A stretch of 64,000 nucleotides of DNA, taken from NCBI GenBank assembly GCA_963835575.1, contig CAWIGG010000004.1:544001-608000 (forward strand). Reading direction: 5' to 3'. Position 1 is the stretch's first letter. Each line of letters begins with the position of its first letter. Origin of the DNA: an uncultured Spirochaetota bacterium (GTDB lineage Bacteria > Spirochaetota > Brevinematia > Brevinematales > JAOACQ01). The notes under the pieces are model-generated. The model had not been told where the DNA came from. It did not search any database and worked only from the letters and a program-made list of their open reading frames with translations. Shown here in pieces: positions 29,445 to 38,916 of the stretch. The translations under genes and the position numbers were made by a program.

Positions 29445-30759
29445 ACCTGACCTCCAGGAAATGAGCCGAGCATGAAATGCATGGGTCATAGGCCCTGACA
29501 AGCATTTCCAGGGCGAGTGTGATTTCCTCGTCTTTTTTATCCAGGATTTCCGGGACAAGTTTTTTCATATCGTGTTCAATATTATTAACGTTCTGGGATG
29601 TGGGAATAATGCAATTGGCATTCAGGATCTTTCCGTTTTCATCCACTTCATAATTATGGAAGAGAATCCCCCTGGGGACTTCCACCGCTCCCACGCCGTT
29701 TCCGGCCTTGACGGGAATATTCTTCAGTTCATTGACGCCCACGACGATTACTTCGTCATAATTGATGCCGTTTTTTCTCAGGCTTTCAATCACCTGGATG
29801 GAATCTTCCAGACAATGGACGCATTCGATGACCTGCGCCGCCGTATTGAGGTAAGGGTTGGTTACTTTCGGTTTGAGCTTGAGTATCTTAGCCGTGTCTT
29901 TTGCCTTGCTGTTCAATTTATCATAATTCAGGTTGAACCTGGCGAGAGCTCCGGTAAAATAAGACTCTCGTGAAAGTTTGGCGTGTTTTGCGCTGGAATG
30001 GTGGACAATGAATTCATTTGTTATTTTGCGGTAATCTTTCTTATTCATCCTGACGCCGTCGGTTGAGCCGATATCTCCTTCCAGAAGGGGATAGTCCGCA
30101 TCATCGGAAACCAGCCCTACATATTCCGTATCCCTTTCGAACTGGGGAAATGGAAAAGATGAGGCGAGCTGAATTGTCGCTTCCATATCCGGCCGCATCC
30201 CTTTTAGAAGAGAGAGCATCAGATCGAGGTCTTTTTCTTTCGGAAGCTTTGTAAAACCTCCGACAATGCATGAAATCGGGTGGACATGGCGGCCGACGAG
30301 GATTTCGCAGATATCGTTGCAGGTCTTTTTCATCCGGAGCGCGCGCCGAACGATAGTATTATGTGTATCGATCAGCGGGACAAAGCTCTTTACACCGAGC
30401 ATATCCGGGGCGACCAGCAGGTAGATATGCAGGAGGTGGCTGTCCAGGATCTCCATATTGAGGAGAAGGCGCCTGAGCGTTTTTGTCTGGGGAGACGGGG
30501 TAAAGCCGATGGCGTCCTCCGCCGCCTGGACCGAAGCGAGCGTATGCCCGCAGGCGCAGATGCCGCAGATGCGGGAAGTGATGTGCTGGGCCTCGAATAT
30601 CGACCGGCCGCGCAGCATTCCTTCAAAAAAGCGGGGAGCCTCGACGATATCCAGTTCGCATTTTTCCAGCTTTCCGTCCGCGACATCGACGACTATATTG
30701 CCATGACCCTCGACGCGGGTCAGATATTCGACATTGACTTTAACGTTCCTTTCACTCAT
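29431..30759 (-). CDS. [NiFe]-hydrogenase group 3b large (alpha) subunit
   Basis: TRVEGHG, RICGIC (L1), DPCISCSAH (L2) with a cleavable tail. Confidence 0.95.
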   Translation of the reverse strand: MSERNVKVNVEYLTRVEGHGNIVVDVADGKLEKCELDIVEAPRFFEGMLRGRSIFEAQHITSRICGICACGHTLASVQAAEDAIGFTPSPQTKTLRRLLLNMEILDSHLLHIYLLVAPDMLGVKSFVPLIDTHNTIVRRALRMKKTCNDICEILVGRHVHPISCIVGGFTKLPKEKDLDLMLSLLKGMRPDMEATIQLASSFPFPQFERDTEYVGLVSDDADYPLLEGDIGSTDGVRMNKKDYRKITNEFIVHHSSAKHAKLSRESYFTGALARFNLNYDKLNSKAKDTAKILKLKPKVTNPYLNTAAQVIECVHCLEDSIQVIESLRKNGINYDEVIVVGVNELKNIPVKAGNGVGAVEVPRGILFHNYEVDENGKILNANCIIPTSQNVNNIEHDMKKLVPEILDKKDEEITLALEMLVRAYDPCISCSAHFLEVRFVNR

Positions 30760-31501
30760 GCCTGTCTTTCTCCCTGCATTTATTGTACATATCCACTTTT
30801 TTTATAATAAACTCCAGAGGGATTTCATAAGTTTCAAGGACTTCCTTGAAGGCGTTCTGGTTCGGGTTTGTGACCATTCCCCTGCAGGCGTAGCATATAT
30901 TCCCGTTGTTGATGCACCAGGAGTTGCAGCCCGCGCGCGTTATCGGGCCGGCGCAAGCGATGCCGCGCTCGTACATGCAGACGTTTTCGTTGAACTTGCA
31001 TTCCACGCAGACGGCCTTGTCAGGCACATGGTAAGGAAGGCCGGCCAGCGCGGCTTTTAAAACCTCGATAAATTCCGGCGGATAGATGGGACAGCCATGC
31101 ACGAAATAGTCGACCTGTACGACCTGATGGACAGGCATTGTTTCCACGGTCTCGAAAAAGGCGTAATCCTTCCCGTAAACATATTTCCGTATTTCATCCA
31201 GATTGAAATTATTTTTCATCCCGTTCACACCGCCTATGGTGGCGCACGAGCCGTAAGCAATGATGGTTTTGGAGCGGCCCCTTACTTCCTTGATTAATTC
31301 CACGGCATGCGGCGTCGTTATGCTCCCTTCGATGATGGCGACGTCATAACTCTGGTCCCATTTTTCCGACATGACTTCGCGGAACTCAACCACTTCAACG
31401 GCATCCAGGATGTCCAGCAGTTTTTCGCCCATATTCGCCACCTGAAGCTGGCAGCCCTCGCAGCATGCGAAGTCGAAAAAAGCGACTTTCGGTCTCTTCA
31501 T
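30752..31501 (-). CDS. [NiFe]-hydrogenase group 3b small (delta) subunit
   Basis: CCEGCQ, GSCA, GCP. Confidence 0.9.
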   Translation of the reverse strand: MKRPKVAFFDFACCEGCQLQVANMGEKLLDILDAVEVVEFREVMSEKWDQSYDVAIIEGSITTPHAVELIKEVRGRSKTIIAYGSCATIGGVNGMKNNFNLDEIRKYVYGKDYAFFETVETMPVHQVVQVDYFVHGCPIYPPEFIEVLKAALAGLPYHVPDKAVCVECKFNENVCMYERGIACAGPITRAGCNSWCINNGNICYACRGMVTNPNQNAFKEVLETYEIPLEFIIKKVDMYNKCREKDRHE

Positions 31502-31502
31502 A

Positions 31503-32348
31503 TCAGATCGCCCCTTTTATGGTTTTAATTTTATCATAGGTGAAAACCGGCCCGTCCTGACAGCAGTAAATGCTGTGTATCTGACAGTGGCCGCACTTTC
31601 CCAGTCCGCACTTCATATGCCTTTCCAGCGAAACGAGTATCTGGTTTTCCGGTATCTTTTTTGAGAGAAGCTCTTTTATAACGAACCTGTACATAACCGG
31701 CGGGCCGACAACGGTGGCGAATGTCCTGTCGGGAATGATATCCACGCCGGGAATAAGCGACGTGATAAGACCGACGTTCCCGGCCCATTCGGGAGACGCC
31801 TGGTCGACCGAGCAGTTGAAATTCACGTCCATCCTTTTGGACCATTCAGCCACTTCATCCCCGAAAAGCATGTTCTGCGGGGTTTTACAGCCCAGCAGTA
31901 TATCCACTTTTCCGAAATCCCGGCGGTTGTCCATAACAAAGTGGATAAGCGAGCGGAGAGGGGCTATGCCCAGCCCGCCCGCGATCAGAAGAAGGTCCTT
32001 GCCGAATAGAACGCGGACGGGGAATCCCTTGCCGAAAGGCCCGCGGATGCCGATCTCGTCCCCTACGTCCAGCCGGTGCATGGCGCCGGTAAACTTGCCG
32101 ATGGCCCTGACGCAGAGGTCGAATGAGTCCCTCTGGGTCGGCGAGGAAGCGATGGAAATGGGGGCTTCCCCGGCCCCGAAAAGCGACGCCTCGACAAACT
32201 GTCCGGGCTCATGGTCAAGGCTTTCGCCGTTAAATAAAGACACTTCGAAAAGTTTTTCCGTTTCCGTCAGTTTTTTTGACTTGATGATCTTCGCGCGCTT
32301 GATCTCATAGCCGGAATTATTTATCGTGATCTTCATAAAGCCTGGCAC
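31503..32348 (-). CDS. group 3b hydrogenase gamma subunit (FAD/NAD(P), 2Fe-2S)
   Basis: PGQF, GGLGIAPLRS, MKCGLGKCGHC. Confidence 0.9.
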   Translation of the reverse strand: MPGFMKITINNSGYEIKRAKIIKSKKLTETEKLFEVSLFNGESLDHEPGQFVEASLFGAGEAPISIASSPTQRDSFDLCVRAIGKFTGAMHRLDVGDEIGIRGPFGKGFPVRVLFGKDLLLIAGGLGIAPLRSLIHFVMDNRRDFGKVDILLGCKTPQNMLFGDEVAEWSKRMDVNFNCSVDQASPEWAGNVGLITSLIPGVDIIPDRTFATVVGPPVMYRFVIKELLSKKIPENQILVSLERHMKCGLGKCGHCQIHSIYCCQDGPVFTYDKIKTIKGAI

Positions 32349-33373
32349 TCCTGATAGAGCTGTTTTATTGTTTCCTTGAGATTAATACAGGCCATGCATG
32401 TCCTGCTGCAGCGCCCGCAGCCGGTGCAGAAAAAGTGGTTATACCGGTCGACCGGATATTTAAACTTCCGGTTGAAGCGGTGCCTTTTTCTGTCGCTCCG
32501 CTCTTTCCTGAAGCTCTCGCCGCCAGCAATCTTCGCGAAAGGCTCGCTCTGGCATGAATCCCAGACGCGGATGCGCTTGCCTGTCTTCAGGTCGAGGTTC
32601 GGCACATCGTCCACGTCAAAACAGTAGCAGGTCGGGCAGACATTGGTGCAGTTCCCGCATGATAGACAGCGGTTCCCGATGTCTGTCCATACTTTGGCCT
32701 CAAAGCCCTTGACGAAAAGGTCCGGAATTATACTTCTATCGATCCCGACTTCGTTTTTAAACAGCGTCTTTTTTTTCTGCCGGAGGGCCTCCAGGTCCTT
32801 CAGGTGAGACGCCTTTGCTTCTTCGAAAAAACCTATTTTTTTTACGATATCGTCGCCGTCCAGCGTGTGCGCCTGCACGACAAAATAATCCCCCAGGTCG
32901 GTAAAGAAAAGGTCATAACCGCCGCTCGGAAGTTGGTTGTCCATCATGGCGCAGTTGGCGAATTCGTCGCAGTATTCATTGCATTCTATCCCGATGAGGG
33001 TGATCTCGTTCCTGCGGATGAGGTAATTCAAATCCTTCGGCCTGTCTGAAAAGATGATATCCAGGCATTGGATCCCCGCCAGGTCGCAGGTATGGACTCC
33101 GAAAAGCACCATTTTGTCGTATTCCACGACAGCCTGCATCTTCTGTCCGACTTTTGTGTCGTATTCAATAAGGGTTTCATGCTGGGGCATAAAGTATTTC
33201 TTGGGGGGAAGTATGGTCGGGATGTGCTTCAGCGATATGTTTTTGGAGTTTTTCACTTCCTCAAAACTATAGCTGTTAAAACCCTTCCGGACCGGGGCCA
33301 CAACCTTCATTTTAGCGGCAAGGGCTGTCACAAAATTGTCCAGGTTAGTTTTCTGCAATATGAGATATTCCAT
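32333..33373 (-). CDS. group 3b hydrogenase beta subunit (4Fe-4S)
   Basis: CLSCGNCTNVCPTCYCF, CTGCGRC. Confidence 0.9.
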   Translation of the reverse strand: MEYLILQKTNLDNFVTALAAKMKVVAPVRKGFNSYSFEEVKNSKNISLKHIPTILPPKKYFMPQHETLIEYDTKVGQKMQAVVEYDKMVLFGVHTCDLAGIQCLDIIFSDRPKDLNYLIRRNEITLIGIECNEYCDEFANCAMMDNQLPSGGYDLFFTDLGDYFVVQAHTLDGDDIVKKIGFFEEAKASHLKDLEALRQKKKTLFKNEVGIDRSIIPDLFVKGFEAKVWTDIGNRCLSCGNCTNVCPTCYCFDVDDVPNLDLKTGKRIRVWDSCQSEPFAKIAGGESFRKERSDRKRHRFNRKFKYPVDRYNHFFCTGCGRCSRTCMACINLKETIKQLYQECQAL

Positions 33374-33452
33374 AACTTAATTCCTCGGAATTATTTATAA
33401 CATATTCTACGGAAAAGTCAATATGGCAGAGGGATGATGATAAGGATTGTAT

Positions 33453-33480
33453 TCACGCAAAGTCGCAAAGAACACAAAGG
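33453..33480 (+). repeat. CACAAAG/CGCAAAG periodic arm
   Basis: tcacgcaaagtcgcaaagaacacaaagg, about 70 bp outside the island 3 left arm. Confidence 0.55.
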
Positions 33481-33550
33481 ACGGGGATAAAGATTTAATA
33501 CTGAAGCTTTTGAACAATTATGGATTTTATAAAAGAATTCTTTTTGTAAT

Positions 33551-33602
33551 ATCCGATTGTTCACGCGGATTTTCACGGATTTGGGTGGATTTTGAGGATT
33601 TA
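33551..33602 (+). repeat. left arm of island 3
   Basis: atccgattgttcacgcggattttcacggatttgggtggattttgaggattta. Confidence 0.85.
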
Positions 33603-33763
33603 GTTATTATTTAAGATAGTTGGGTCAGTAAAATTATTATTTTAATACAGAGGCGCTGAGAACGGGTAGAATGGTATTTAAGGTGATTTAAAACAGGGCA
33701 AATTAAGGGAAATTTGGTAGTGATTGTAATTTTGTTTGTAATTAGTTTAATGAAAATAAGAAA

Positions 33764-33791
33764 TTGACTTATCAAACCGATATTATATAAT
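33764..33791 (+). promoter_or_regulatory. sigma70 promoter, likely leaderless transcript
   Basis: TTGACT-N16-TATAAT ending 6 nt before ATG 33798; no SD sequence. Confidence 0.55.
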
Positions 33792-33797
33792 AAATGT

Positions 33798-34535
33798 ATG
33801 AAAGATTTAAATATTATTCTTGAAGGTGAAGACATTCGTCTTGAAAAAACAGAACCTAATGATGTTCTTATAATACTATTTAATACAGTAAAACTGATGG
33901 ATTTGATTAAAAATAATTTTGATTACGGTGATTACTATATAACATCTTTGAAAACTGGGTCAATCGCCGCTTCCATATCTTGTCCGCCTGATTATACTGA
34001 AATGCTTTCTTTTATTCAGATGAATATTAAATCGGGATTTGAAAAAATAAAAAATTATCTTGAACCACTTCAAGAAATGAAAAAAATTGCACATAAATAT
34101 AATGCTGTGTTTTCTTTCAAAGAAAACACAAGATCTATTTTATCCATAGACAAAGATTTAGAGTTTTCAAGTATTGATTCTATAATAAATGTGATTCTTT
34201 CTGAATTTGGAATTATTGAGCGAATTGGTGGAGCTGAACCATCCATGGTTTTTAAAAATAGACATTCAGAGAGGTTTTCGATCCCTCTTTCTCAAGAAGA
34301 AGCAGTAAATTACAGTGGTCTTCTTTATAAAGAAGTAAAAGTAAAACTGGCCTGTAAAATGGATTTTACAACTAAAAAAATAATTCAGTGCGGACTTACC
34401 GATTTAACTAAATTAGAAGATAATCAAACCATTGAAAATTTTAATAATATTACTAATTCTATAAAAACAAAAATAAAAGGGATAAAAAATCCCTCCGATT
34501 TTATTCATAATCAGCGCCATGAGGAAGATGAATGA
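33798..34535 (+). CDS. hypothetical protein, putative partner of the PIN toxin
   Basis: 245-aa AT-rich ORF; ATGA overlap with the PIN gene. Confidence 0.7.
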   Translation: MKDLNIILEGEDIRLEKTEPNDVLIILFNTVKLMDLIKNNFDYGDYYITSLKTGSIAASISCPPDYTEMLSFIQMNIKSGFEKIKNYLEPLQEMKKIAHKYNAVFSFKENTRSILSIDKDLEFSSIDSIINVILSEFGIIERIGGAEPSMVFKNRHSERFSIPLSQEEAVNYSGLLYKEVKVKLACKMDFTTKKIIQCGLTDLTKLEDNQTIENFNNITNSIKTKIKGIKNPSDFIHNQRHEEDE

Positions 34536-34999
34536 AAAAATCAGTTATATTTTTAGATACGGATATAATCAGTTATTTTCTCTCTGATGATGAAGGATTG
34601 GATGATGATGCTAAAAAAGCAAAGAAAAATGTTTTTAAAATAATAGAGCATATCATTGAAGAAAAATCCCATAATTTTGCAGTTTCTGCCCTATCATACA
34701 GTGAGTTATCAGTAATTTCAGATATAGAAGAAAGCCTGAATAAAGTTTTTTCTTTTTTTCAGATTGTTGATTATGATTTTCAATGCGCTAATTATTATAC
34801 TAAACTACACAGGCAGTATGATAATAGAAGACTTAAAACTGATAGGATGATTTTAGCAACAGCGGCAAGATATGGAGCCGCTTATTTTATTACCAATAAT
34901 ATAAAAGATTATAGTAATTATGATATCAAACCTACTACAATCCTATCATTAGACCAGGCCATGGAAGTATTTGGATTATCTCAAACCCTTTTTGAATAG
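34532..34999 (+). CDS. PIN-domain (VapC-like) protein
   Basis: FLDTDII, SELS, DRMILATA, FITNNIKDY. Confidence 0.85.
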   Translation: MKKSVIFLDTDIISYFLSDDEGLDDDAKKAKKNVFKIIEHIIEEKSHNFAVSALSYSELSVISDIEESLNKVFSFFQIVDYDFQCANYYTKLHRQYDNRRLKTDRMILATAARYGAAYFITNNIKDYSNYDIKPTTILSLDQAMEVFGLSQTLFE

Positions 35000-35199
35000 G
35001 GTTACAAAAATAGTTTACTTTACTACATCGACAAGCTAGATAAAAATAAACGCAAATCATGTCTATGTTTTAATTAATAAGGAAAATAGCTCAAATTAGA
35101 TATTCTTATACACCGGACGTAGCCCCAAAACTCCTTCCACAAACGTTCTATAACATTTTCTACATCAAGAAATAGTTAAAGGCAGCTTCCAATAATGTG

Positions 35200-35243
35200 A
35201 AATCCTATTAAATCCGTCTTAATCTGTGCAAATCAGTTCTTCA
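35200..35243 (-). repeat. degenerate right arm of island 3
   Basis: aaatcctattaaatccgtcttaatctgtgcaaatcag; preceded by aaaggcagctt-N11 exactly as at the island 1 right arm. Confidence 0.7.
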
Positions 35244-35302
35244 ACAACAGTGCCGTTCGATACATAAATGGCTTTGCGGTCTGATTAATTATAAGGCTTT
35301 TG

Positions 35303-36550
35303 TTATCGGTTCAATTCCAAAAACTTTTTAGCATAATTCCGGATAATAGCTTTTGTGCCGGCGTCGGTATCATAAACGCTGTACCAGCCCTGGTTTTCGT
35401 GCGGCGGGTCTCCAATCCACGGATCGCCGGCCTTCCAAATTTTACCGGAAGCCGGGTTTGCCCTTCCTTCGCCTCCCCAGGCCCAAAAGTTTACGCCGCA
35501 AGCCTTTAATCCTTGTACTGCGGCCTTATAGACCTTATCAAATACTGATTCATAAAACTTATCCCTGGTAGTGGTCAGTGAAGATGGGTCCAGGCTGTTG
35601 CCTTCTCTGGCCAACCCAAATTCCTCAAGTACCAAGGGCTTGCCGAGTTCATCGGCCTTCTTGATGTGGTCTTCTATATACGAAAGTCCTTTGTTTAGAC
35701 CGGTAATATAGCTGGCCGGAACGGCGGGATCATACAAACCCCAATTTTGTATCCAAAGATGGGCCGTCATATAGTCAATCGCGGCATAAGAATGGTTCAA
35801 TTTAAAATCCAGCCCGCAGAATCCAGGGTCAAGGGTTTCTCCCTCACAGCCCGTGGCAACAAGGTGGTTTGCATCCAGGTCTTTAATGGCTTTCGATGTT
35901 TCATCAAGCCAATTGTTAAATTCAAGGGTATGCTTTATTCCTCTCGGCTCATTAGCGAGCTGCCAGGACATGATCGCCGGATCATCCTTGTAAAATAAAC
36001 CTGTGTAAGGATTTTTACGATTGATGATGAACCGGATATGGTCCAGAAACCATTGTTTCGCTTGAGCAGATTTATAAAACCTGGAAACATAATGCTGAAA
36101 TTTGTTCCAATCCCTGCTGTCACAGGGATAGGGAATGGTAGTGCCTTCAGCCCAGGCGACATACTGTGCCATGCCTCCCGACCATTCCCAGAAGTTGTTC
36201 AGACACATAACGGCCGTCATTCCCCGCTGGTTCATCTCGGAAAGAAGGTAATCCAAACCATCCAGAACATCGGGATTGTATTTACCCGGCGCCGTCTGCA
36301 ATGAGGGCGCCATACGCCATGGCTCAGTGTCTGGTCCCTCTGATCCGGCCATAATACGAAGGTTCATAACGGCTAAAGATTTTAAATGGTCAAGTTCCCG
36401 GATGAGCCTGGCCCGGTCTCCGCCGGGGCCTTTTGAACCAAGGTTAATGCCGTACCAAAAATTAGTTCCCAGATAATAATAGGATTTACCGTTGCGAACA
36501 AACCGTTCGTTTTCAATCTCTACAAACATTTTTTGATCCATTATGCTCAA
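35303..36550 (-). CDS. GH5 beta-mannanase/mannosidase
   Basis: WSGGM, WQLANEPR (acid/base), LEEFG (nucleophile), DPPHExQGWYSVY. Confidence 0.9.
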   Translation of the reverse strand: MSIMDQKMFVEIENERFVRNGKSYYYLGTNFWYGINLGSKGPGGDRARLIRELDHLKSLAVMNLRIMAGSEGPDTEPWRMAPSLQTAPGKYNPDVLDGLDYLLSEMNQRGMTAVMCLNNFWEWSGGMAQYVAWAEGTTIPYPCDSRDWNKFQHYVSRFYKSAQAKQWFLDHIRFIINRKNPYTGLFYKDDPAIMSWQLANEPRGIKHTLEFNNWLDETSKAIKDLDANHLVATGCEGETLDPGFCGLDFKLNHSYAAIDYMTAHLWIQNWGLYDPAVPASYITGLNKGLSYIEDHIKKADELGKPLVLEEFGLAREGNSLDPSSLTTTRDKFYESVFDKVYKAAVQGLKACGVNFWAWGGEGRANPASGKIWKAGDPWIGDPPHENQGWYSVYDTDAGTKAIIRNYAKKFLELNR

Positions 36551-36571
36551 GGTTTACTCCCCTTCCGCGGC

Positions 36572-37858
36572 TTACTTAAAACACTTTTCTATCTCATTCA
36601 ATGCCTTCACGCTGCAGAATTCCCCGCACATCGTGCAGAACTCTTTCGCCCCCGCGCCGCTTTCCGCCCTTTTCCGGCGGGCGTTTTCAGGGTCGACGGA
36701 CAGCCGGCACATGGTTTCCCAGTCCAGTTTTTTCCGGGCCTGTGACATTTCATTGTCGATATTTCGGTATTTCGCGCCGTATTTCACCATATCGGCTGCG
36801 TGGGCGGCGATGCGCGAGGCGATGACGCCCTGTTTGACATCGTCGGCGGTCGGCAGGGAGAGATGTTCGGCCGGCGTGACATAACAGAGGAAATCCGCGC
36901 CGGCGGAAGCGGCCAGCGCCCCGCCGATGGCCCCGGCTATATGGTCGTAGCCGGAGGCGATGTCCGTCACGAGCGGGCCTAATATATAGAAGGGTGCGCC
37001 GTCGCAGAGGGCTTTTTCCATCTGCATATTGGAAACAACCTGGTCCAGGGGCACATGACCCGGTCCTTCGATCATCACCTGAACGCCGGCCTCCCGCGCC
37101 CTGCGGGCCAGTTGGCCGAGCGTGATGAGTTCCTCTATCTGGGCGCTGTCGGAAGCGTCGGCTGTGGCGCCGGGACGCATACCATCGCCCAGGCTGACTG
37201 TCATATCGAAGCGGCGGCAAATCTCCAGTATTTTATCAAAATGGGAATAAAGCGGGTTTTCCTCATGGTTGTGCTCCATCCAGAGGCAGAGCATGGAGCC
37301 GCCCCGGCTGACAACGTCCAGAATACGGCTTCTTTTTTTGATATAATCCCAGGCTTTTAAAGTTACGCCGGAGTGGATGGTGACAAAATCAACTCCTTCC
37401 TTCCCCTGGGATTCAAGTACGGATAAAAAATCCTCAATTGTGAGTTCCTGGATTTTCTTTTTCTTCCGCGACAGCTCGAAACCGGCCTGGTAAATGGGAA
37501 CAGTCCCGATGGGGACTGCCGCTTTTTCGAGTATTTTATTTCTGACCTCGTTTAGTATAGCGCCCAGGCTCAGGTCCATCACAGTATCCGCGCCGTATTT
37601 TTCTGAAACGGCCAGTTTATTCAGTTCTTCGTTTAAATCCATTTTTTCCGGCGATGTGCCGATGTTCGCGTTTATTTTTGTCCGCAGGCCGGCGCCGACT
37701 CCGACAGGTTTGACTGAATGGCCTGTGTTTTTTAATATGACGGCTTTTCCGAGCGCAATATTTTCGAGAAGAGTTTCCGGGGAGACTTTTTCCTCCGCGG
37801 CAATTGTTTTCATTTCCGGCGTCAGAATTCCTTTCCTTGCCGATTCTATCTGGGTCAT
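36572..37858 (-). CDS. thiC: phosphomethylpyrimidine synthase
   Basis: TKINANIGTS, SRGG, EGPGHVP, CYVTPAEH, CTMCGEFC. Confidence 0.95.
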   Translation of the reverse strand: MTQIESARKGILTPEMKTIAAEEKVSPETLLENIALGKAVILKNTGHSVKPVGVGAGLRTKINANIGTSPEKMDLNEELNKLAVSEKYGADTVMDLSLGAILNEVRNKILEKAAVPIGTVPIYQAGFELSRKKKKIQELTIEDFLSVLESQGKEGVDFVTIHSGVTLKAWDYIKKRSRILDVVSRGGSMLCLWMEHNHEENPLYSHFDKILEICRRFDMTVSLGDGMRPGATADASDSAQIEELITLGQLARRAREAGVQVMIEGPGHVPLDQVVSNMQMEKALCDGAPFYILGPLVTDIASGYDHIAGAIGGALAASAGADFLCYVTPAEHLSLPTADDVKQGVIASRIAAHAADMVKYGAKYRNIDNEMSQARKKLDWETMCRLSVDPENARRKRAESGAGAKEFCTMCGEFCSVKALNEIEKCFK

Positions 37859-37905
37859 ATCTTATCTCCTGTTTTAAGTTTGTCGAAATATAACGATTAA
37901 ATCTT

Positions 37906-38078
37906 CCGCGAAGTCACGCTAATACACACTAATAATCCCTGTTTTTTTAAATTTATTTCCAATTTATTAATCTTTAGTGGAAATCAACTAAATTTAAATG
38001 AATATATTAATTCAACCCGGAGAATCGCAAATAAAATCCTTTTTCCCTATTTCGCGTATATTCGCGTGAATTAGCGGA
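37906..38078. repeat. empty inverted pair of CGCGAAT-periodic arms
   Basis: ccgcgaagtcacgctaatacacactaat vs reverse complement of 38049-38077 ccgctaattcacgcgaatatacgcgaaat. Confidence 0.7.
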
Positions 38079-38102
38079 TTATCTGTTCCCAGTATTTTGC
38101 CC

Positions 38103-38906
38103 TCAGTTTCTGATTAAGTAATGCGGCAAAGCGCCGTTCCCTTTTCCTATTTTATGCCTGGCCGCGAGCTTAATCAATTGAAACACATAATCAACGGCAA
38201 GATATACGGCCCTTTTTATTTTTTCGCCGCGCGCCAGATAAGCGGTTATGGCGGAGGAAAGCGTACAGCCTGTTCCGTGGGTATTGACTGTCTTAATGCG
38301 GGGATGCGGAAAATTATAATTATTAATTGCTTTCCCTTCTTTAATAAGAAGCGTATCTGTAACAGTCTTTTCTTCTTCCTCAATATGCCCGCCTTTAACC
38401 AGTAATGCTCTGAGATGATCATATTTTTCCAACAGGGCCTGACCGGCTTCCAGGGGATTTTTATATTTCATATCAGTTAATCTCATCAGTTCATGATAAT
38501 TAGGCGTCAGGATAGTGGATTGAGCTATAATATGCTTTTTTAACGCCTCGACGGCCTTGTCTTGAAGAAGGGGCTTGCCGCTTTTTGAGACCATCACCGG
38601 GTCGCAGATTATAAAATAGCCCTTGACGGCTTTTCCGGCAGCTTCCGCAGTCTCGGCGTTCCCCAGCATGCCTGTTTTTATATAGGAGATGTCAATGTCT
38701 TCCAGGACCGTTTGAATCTGTTCCTTTACAAATTGAGGCGGGAGATATAATACATCTTTCACATTCCGCGTGTTCTGGACCGTCAGGCCGGTGATGACGG
38801 CGCTTCCGTAAACACCAAGCGATGTAAAGGTTTTTAAATCGGCCTGAATGCCGGCCCCTCCGGAGGGGTCCGAGCCGGCGATGGCCAGGACTTTTTTATA
38901 TTTCAT
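38103..38906 (-). CDS. thiD: HMP/HMP-P kinase
   Basis: IAGSDPSGGAGIQADLKT, DPVM, HGTGCTLS. Confidence 0.95.
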   Translation of the reverse strand: MKYKKVLAIAGSDPSGGAGIQADLKTFTSLGVYGSAVITGLTVQNTRNVKDVLYLPPQFVKEQIQTVLEDIDISYIKTGMLGNAETAEAAGKAVKGYFIICDPVMVSKSGKPLLQDKAVEALKKHIIAQSTILTPNYHELMRLTDMKYKNPLEAGQALLEKYDHLRALLVKGGHIEEEEKTVTDTLLIKEGKAINNYNFPHPRIKTVNTHGTGCTLSSAITAYLARGEKIKRAVYLAVDYVFQLIKLAARHKIGKGNGALPHYLIRN

Positions 38907-38916
38907 TAAAATAAAC

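Noticed and set aside
29431..30759. [NiFeSe] hydrogenase / selenocysteine readthrough
   Set aside because: The L2 motif is DPCISC with ordinary Cys codons and the ORF is uninterrupted.
20396..33400. Many plus-strand ORFs opposite the hydrogenase and nfn genes
   Set aside because: Antisense shadows of well-supported genes, with no recognisable motifs.
37859..38102. TPP riboswitch upstream of thiC
   Set aside because: No CTGAGA or ACCTGA...TAAT...GCG core is visible on the minus strand; the region holds inverted repeat arms instead.
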